NCBI GenBank assembly: GCA_029262855.1
Contig: JAJCYP010000115.1
Coordinates: forward strand, 119-64,118
Direction of reading: 5' to 3'
Length of the DNA stretch: 64,000 bases
DNA from: Bacteroidota bacterium
Lineage (GTDB): Bacteria; Bacteroidota; Rhodothermia; Rhodothermales; UBA10348
In this document: one piece after another, positions 59,600 to 64,000 of the stretch
How positions within the stretch are numbered: position 1 is the stretch's first letter
How the letters are laid out: each line of letters begins with the position of its first letter
Program-made: the position numbers and the translations under genes
Notes under the pieces: generated by a model
Databases searched by the model: none
Seen by the model: only the letters and a program-made list of their open reading frames with translations
Told to the model about the DNA's origin: nothing

Positions 59600-61402
59600 T
59601 CAGAATCCCTGTGGCCGCTCCTCCCACGCACTGGTTGCCCGCTCCAGCGCGAGACCCACTCGTCCAATCGTACCCTCATCGAAGAGTCGTCCTACCAGCG
59701 TGACGCCGTGCGGAACGCGGCGGGGTGGAGAGAAATCCGGCGTCGGGATGTCCGGGCCGGGTGCCCAGTCACTTCGGGCCCTCGAGACCTCCAAAAATCC
59801 GGTGCGAATCGTCAGGGACGGGTGACCACACGCGTTTCCGAGGACCAGCATTTCGTCGCGAAGCGAAGGCACCAGCAGCAGATCGACCTCCTCGAAGATG
59901 CGGGCCATCTCCAGGCATGCCATCCGGCGCATCCGGTCAGCCTGCACGAAGTCCACCGCCGAGAGGAAGCGTGCCTCACGAAAGAGGTTCGGCCAGGCGT
60001 CGGGACGCTGCACTTTCATGGTGGCATCGGCACCACTCAGGGTAAGATCCTCAAAGGCGGCCGCGGCCTCGGCAAACACCAGCAACCAGAGCGATTGATA
60101 CGGCCAGTCGGGTAGGGAGACCTCGACCGTGTCCAGGCCCAGTTCGCGCAGCCCCTCCAGAGCCGCCCGGTCCACATCTGTCGCCGGCGCCTCGTTCATC
60201 CACGCGGGGAAGTAGCCTACCCGGAGCCCCCTCACCTCAGCTCCGGCGTCGTAATCCAGGGTACTCGCTACTGACGAGGCATCCCCGGCATCGAACCCCG
60301 AAATGGCCTGCAGCACCAACATGGCGTCCTCGGCGGTCCGCGTCATCGGGCCCAGTTTGTCAAACGACCAGCACAGGGTCATCGAGCCCGATCGCGGCAC
60401 GCGGCCGAATGTGGGCCTGAGTCCGGCGACCCCGCAACGCATGGCAGGGCTGATGATGGAGCCGCCCGTTTCGCTGCCGATGGAGAATCCAACCAGCGCG
60501 GCCGTGGTCGCAGCGCCGGGGCCCGCGCTGGAGCCTGATGCGCCCTCCTCGGGAAGCCAGGGGTTGACGGTTTCGCCGCCGAACCAGATGTCGTTGAGCG
60601 CCAGGGCACCAAGGCTGAGCTTGGCGATGAGGACCGCGCCCGCTGCCTCGAGTCGCGTTACCACCGCAGCGTCCGTCTCTGGAACACGGTCACGGAATGG
60701 TTCGGCACCGTAGGTCGTGGGAATGCCCGCTGTGTCGATCAGGTCTTTCGCACCCCAGGGAATCCCGTGGAGAGGGCCTCTGTACTTGCCCGCTGCGATT
60801 TCGGCATCAGCCCTTCTGGCCGCAGCCAGGCCTTCCTCCCGGAGCAGGGTTATCACACACTCAAGCTGACCGTCGAACCGGTCGATTCGGTCCAGATGGA
60901 TTTGCGTCAGCCGCTCAGACGTGAGTTGCCGTGACTCAATCCACCGCGAAAGCCTGGAGACCGGAGCGTAGGCGATGTCCTCATCCGAATCGGGAAGCGG
61001 CCCGGGGTCGACGTCGGATCGAATGAACCGGTCCTCCAGATCCGGCACACTGACTCCCGGAAGCACCGGATTCCAAACGTGCGCGGGTGAAATCTCCGGA
61101 CCGATGGCCAACGTGCGCGGCCCGGTCCGTCGCTCCAGCATCGCCGCCATCGAGCGACCCCACGCCTCGGACGCCATCTCTCGCTCCGGGGCGCCCATGC
61201 TGACCTGCATCAGTTTCTCCGCCTCGGCGAACGTCCGGGGAGTCACCTCGGGACCCGTCTCCCGCATGGTCCCAAAGGTGGGCGGAGCGCCCGGCGTGGC
61301 CGTGTCCTGATTGCCGGTCGGTGGCGCTGGCGAACTGCAGGCGGCGGCCGCTCCAAGAAGCGCGAGGGGGGCCTTGGCTACAAACTGTCGACGTGTACTC
61401 AT
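59600..61402 (-). CDS. Amidase signature family enzyme, Tat lipoprotein
   Basis: TRRQF Tat motif and AAAC lipobox; GPLHGIPWGAKD, GSSAG, GSETGGSI. Confidence 0.92.
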   Translation of the reverse strand: MSTRRQFVAKAPLALLGAAAACSSPAPPTGNQDTATPGAPPTFGTMRETGPEVTPRTFAEAEKLMQVSMGAPEREMASEAWGRSMAAMLERRTGPRTLAIGPEISPAHVWNPVLPGVSVPDLEDRFIRSDVDPGPLPDSDEDIAYAPVSRLSRWIESRQLTSERLTQIHLDRIDRFDGQLECVITLLREEGLAAARRADAEIAAGKYRGPLHGIPWGAKDLIDTAGIPTTYGAEPFRDRVPETDAAVVTRLEAAGAVLIAKLSLGALALNDIWFGGETVNPWLPEEGASGSSAGPGAATTAALVGFSIGSETGGSIISPAMRCGVAGLRPTFGRVPRSGSMTLCWSFDKLGPMTRTAEDAMLVLQAISGFDAGDASSVASTLDYDAGAEVRGLRVGYFPAWMNEAPATDVDRAALEGLRELGLDTVEVSLPDWPYQSLWLLVFAEAAAAFEDLTLSGADATMKVQRPDAWPNLFREARFLSAVDFVQADRMRRMACLEMARIFEEVDLLLVPSLRDEMLVLGNACGHPSLTIRTGFLEVSRARSDWAPGPDIPTPDFSPPRRVPHGVTLVGRLFDEGTIGRVGLALERATSAWEERPQGF

Positions 61403-61403
61403 T

Positions 61404-63431
61404 TTATTCTGGATTGGCTAAAGGGGACACAGGCGCCCGGAACAGATCTGCGCACTCGGCAAATTTCTGCGCTGTCCCGACCAGCACAAGGCGATCGCCC
61501 GTATGAACCAGAAAGTCGCCGGCCGGACTCGCGATAGTCCTCCCCTCCCGCCGAACGGCCAGCACGGTCAGTCCGTGGTCCCTGCGAAGGGCCAGATCCG
61601 CGAGCGTGCGCTCCGCCGCCGGGGAGCCCGCCCTGACCGCCACCGCTCGGGTATGCATGCCATCCTCGTCCAGGCCCTGAAGCACCATAAGGTGGGCTTC
61701 CTGGATGCTTCCTCGCATCACTCCGTAGTCGTGTGCTCGTAGCATCTTGACCTGGCGGTCAATCTCTTCAGCAGGAATCAGGTAGGCACCGAGTACGTGA
61801 GAGAAGATCCGGACCGTTGTCTCCAACTCTTCGGGGACAATAATGTCAGCGCCGAACTTCTGCAGGCGCTCCATGTCTCCCAGGTAGCGTGTCCGGGCGA
61901 TGATCTGAAGGGTCGGATTCAGGAAGCGTGCCTGCTGGATAATCCTCGGAGCAATCTTGCTGTCGTTGATCACCACCACGCAGAGTTTGGCCTCGCTCAT
62001 GTGCGCGGCCTCGAGGATCCCTGCCCGAGACGCATCGCCGTAGATGGCGTGGATGCCCTCTTCGTGCATGGTGTTCACGGCTTCGGGATTCATTTCGATC
62101 ACCACAAACGGAATCCCGCGGTCCTGCATGACGTGCACCAGTCGCTGGCCGGCCGGGCCGTATCCGACGACAACCACGTGGTCTTCGAGGTCGACATTCT
62201 CCTGATCGCCTTCCAGTTCGATGTCATCGCCAAGCCTCCCCAGCGGACCACTGGCGGCGAAAGCTCCAAACCGGTGGGCAAACGCCATTTGCAGGGGCGT
62301 CAGCAGCATCAGCAGGACGGTTGCGGCGATGAAGGTCTGCGCACCCGCCTCGCCCAGCCCTCCCGGAGACAGGCCAGCCAATCGTCCGGCCCTCTCCAGC
62401 ACAAAGGAGAACTCACCGATCTGCGCCAGTACCAGTCCGGTGGCTGCTGCAATCCGCATCGGATACCCCAGAATCAGCACACTGCCGGTCGTGGTGAGGA
62501 TCTTGACCACGATCACGATGCCTGCCGCCGCGAGAACCAGCAGAGGCCGTTCGACCAGAAATCCAAGGTCCAGCAGCATCCCGACCGAGACAAAAAATAC
62601 CGCGTTGAATATGGTCCGGAGCGGGAGCACCTCGCTGAGTGCCTGCTCACTGTAGTGACTCTCACTTACGACAAGACCCGCCAGGAAGGCCCCCAGAGCG
62701 AGGCTTACACCCGCCAGACTGGACACGGCTGCAGTCCCAAAGCAGATGGCAACGACCGTGAGTAGAAACAGCTCTTGTCTGCGGGTATGGGCAACCTTTT
62801 CAAGGATCCACGGCACGACCCGGCGAGCGAGCACAAGTACCCCGGCGATCAACGCTACGGCCTTGGCAAGGACACCCAGCAGCTCGCCGGTGCTTCCACC
62901 AGATCCCGCAAGAATGGGCACCATCAGCACCATCACAATGATGGCCAGGTCCTGAAATATGAGGACCGCGAGCGAGAGTCGGCCCACCGGCGTATCGGTC
63001 TCGTCGCGTTCTGCCAGAAGCCCGAGGACAATGGCTGTGGAACTGAGGGCGATCAGACATCCTGTATAGATCCCCGCGCGGACGTCCACTCCCAGTCCCA
63101 CGAGGACGCCGGTCACGATCGAAACGGTTAGCGCGACCTGCAGCCCCCCGCCCACGAAAATGGCCCTTCCGATCTTCGAGAGCTTCTCCAGGCTGAACTC
63201 AAGGCCGATCGTGAAGAGCAGCAGGATCACGCCGATCTCCGCCAACATGTCTACCAGTTCCTGATTCTGGACCAGACCAAGCGCACTCGGACCTATCACC
63301 ACGCCGGCGATGAGGAATCCGGCAATCGGCACAAGGCGGAGCCGGTAGCAGACGTAGGCTATGGCGACGGCGGCGACGAAGAGCGCCACCATCTCGTTCA
63401 GGAAGGGAAGGGTTACGGCGAGCACAGGCAC
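61404..63431 (-). CDS. CPA2 cation:proton antiporter with TrkA-N and TrkA-C domains
   Basis: GVILLLFTIGLEFS, LSSTAIV, LIFQD, LGAFLAG, QIGEFSFVL; VVGYG, YGDA (RCK-N); LAVRR...GDRLVLVG (RCK-C). Confidence 0.92.
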   Translation of the reverse strand: MPVLAVTLPFLNEMVALFVAAVAIAYVCYRLRLVPIAGFLIAGVVIGPSALGLVQNQELVDMLAEIGVILLLFTIGLEFSLEKLSKIGRAIFVGGGLQVALTVSIVTGVLVGLGVDVRAGIYTGCLIALSSTAIVLGLLAERDETDTPVGRLSLAVLIFQDLAIIVMVLMVPILAGSGGSTGELLGVLAKAVALIAGVLVLARRVVPWILEKVAHTRRQELFLLTVVAICFGTAAVSSLAGVSLALGAFLAGLVVSESHYSEQALSEVLPLRTIFNAVFFVSVGMLLDLGFLVERPLLVLAAAGIVIVVKILTTTGSVLILGYPMRIAAATGLVLAQIGEFSFVLERAGRLAGLSPGGLGEAGAQTFIAATVLLMLLTPLQMAFAHRFGAFAASGPLGRLGDDIELEGDQENVDLEDHVVVVGYGPAGQRLVHVMQDRGIPFVVIEMNPEAVNTMHEEGIHAIYGDASRAGILEAAHMSEAKLCVVVINDSKIAPRIIQQARFLNPTLQIIARTRYLGDMERLQKFGADIIVPEELETTVRIFSHVLGAYLIPAEEIDRQVKMLRAHDYGVMRGSIQEAHLMVLQGLDEDGMHTRAVAVRAGSPAAERTLADLALRRDHGLTVLAVRREGRTIASPAGDFLVHTGDRLVLVGTAQKFAECADLFRAPVSPLANPE

Positions 63432-63628
63432 TGCTGGGGTTGTGGGGCGCTCTAATATGGAGATCCTGAGTCGGCCATCAATGACGCCTCAAGGATTTCA
63501 CAAGAGGGGCGGGTTGCTGAGCCTGCTCCGGCGGGACGGGCTCAAGTTGCGGCGCGTCGACTTCGATCCTCTATGGACATGGAACACGAGTTCTCGATTG
63601 TTATAAGTAATACAAGTAAGAGTAATAC

Positions 63629-63970
63629 ATGACTGAAATGCGCGTAACCTCGAAGGGGCAGGTAACCATCCCGAAACCGATCAGAGATCGCCTCGGCATC
63701 TTTGAAGGTGCGGAAGTTTCGTTTGAAGAGGACACTGACGGTCGCGTGTACTTGGTCAAGCGCGACGACTACGAGCAGAGTCTGGCCATCGTCAAGAGCG
63801 TCGCTGGGACGCGGGATTCCAGCCTGAGTACGGCGGACATCATGAGAATGACTCGAGGAGACGATTGGATTGATGTCCCCATTCGGCCGGGTTCGCCAGA
63901 TCTGAAGAAGCTCAGAGCCATCCTGAAGTCCCACGACGACCGGAAGAATGCAGAACGCCGTACTTCTTGA
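63629..63970 (+). CDS. AbrB/MazE/SpoVT family antitoxin
   Basis: MRVTSKGQVTIPKPIRDRLGI..G..V.F swapped-hairpin motif. Confidence 0.88.
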   Translation: MTEMRVTSKGQVTIPKPIRDRLGIFEGAEVSFEEDTDGRVYLVKRDDYEQSLAIVKSVAGTRDSSLSTADIMRMTRGDDWIDVPIRPGSPDLKKLRAILKSHDDRKNAERRTS

Positions 63971-64000
63971 TTCAAACGTTATGATCGACATCACGGGCCC
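63948..64000 (+). CDS. PIN-domain (VapC-like) toxin, N-terminus only (cut by window edge; not in the ORF track)
   Basis: ATG at 63948 reads MQNAVLLDSNVMIDITG, matching the PIN hhDsNhh motif, and overlaps the antitoxin 3' end. Confidence 0.72.
   Translation, partial: MQNAVLLDSNVMIDITG

Noticed and set aside
1-64000. CRISPR arrays, rRNA, tRNA, prophage or integrase genes
   Set aside because: None recognised on reading; gaps are short and no repeat-spacer periodicity was seen, though a covariance-model search was not possible

Overview
A GC-rich, gene-dense bacterial window, probably from Rhodothermota or a close FCB relative. This placement is inferred from a T9SS-type C-terminal sorting domain, DUF4293, the ExbB-hyp-ExbD-ExbD block, and canonical TTGACA-17-TATCAT and AGGAGG signals. 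It holds about 55 CDS. Housekeeping and metabolic genes include rnhB, an IDH-family dehydrogenase, pckA, acs, nuoJKL and ppk2. There are many exported amide/peptide hydrolases, a TonB receptor-YfiR-histidine kinase module, a GH109/SSS/galactokinase sugar set, a mobile mystery A/B (HTH-Fic) pair, a nirK-cytochrome c cluster, and an AbrB-PIN toxin-antitoxin pair at the right edge. Three things stand out. (1) A five-gene operon (esterase, ATP-grasp, circularly permuted ATP-grasp, class I GATase, and a translationally coupled ClpS with a non-canonical pocket) is a candidate peptide-tagging or peptide-synthesis system linked to proteolysis. (2) A tnpB-only IS200/IS605 element sits exactly at the nuoL stop codon and leaves NuoL unchanged; its ends, target motif (TCAT) and omega-RNA guide can be predicted from the sequence. 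(3) A multi-hairpin candidate non-coding RNA with a strong terminator lies upstream of nirK. I recognised no tRNA, rRNA or CRISPR array. All family calls come from motif recognition by eye, not database searches.
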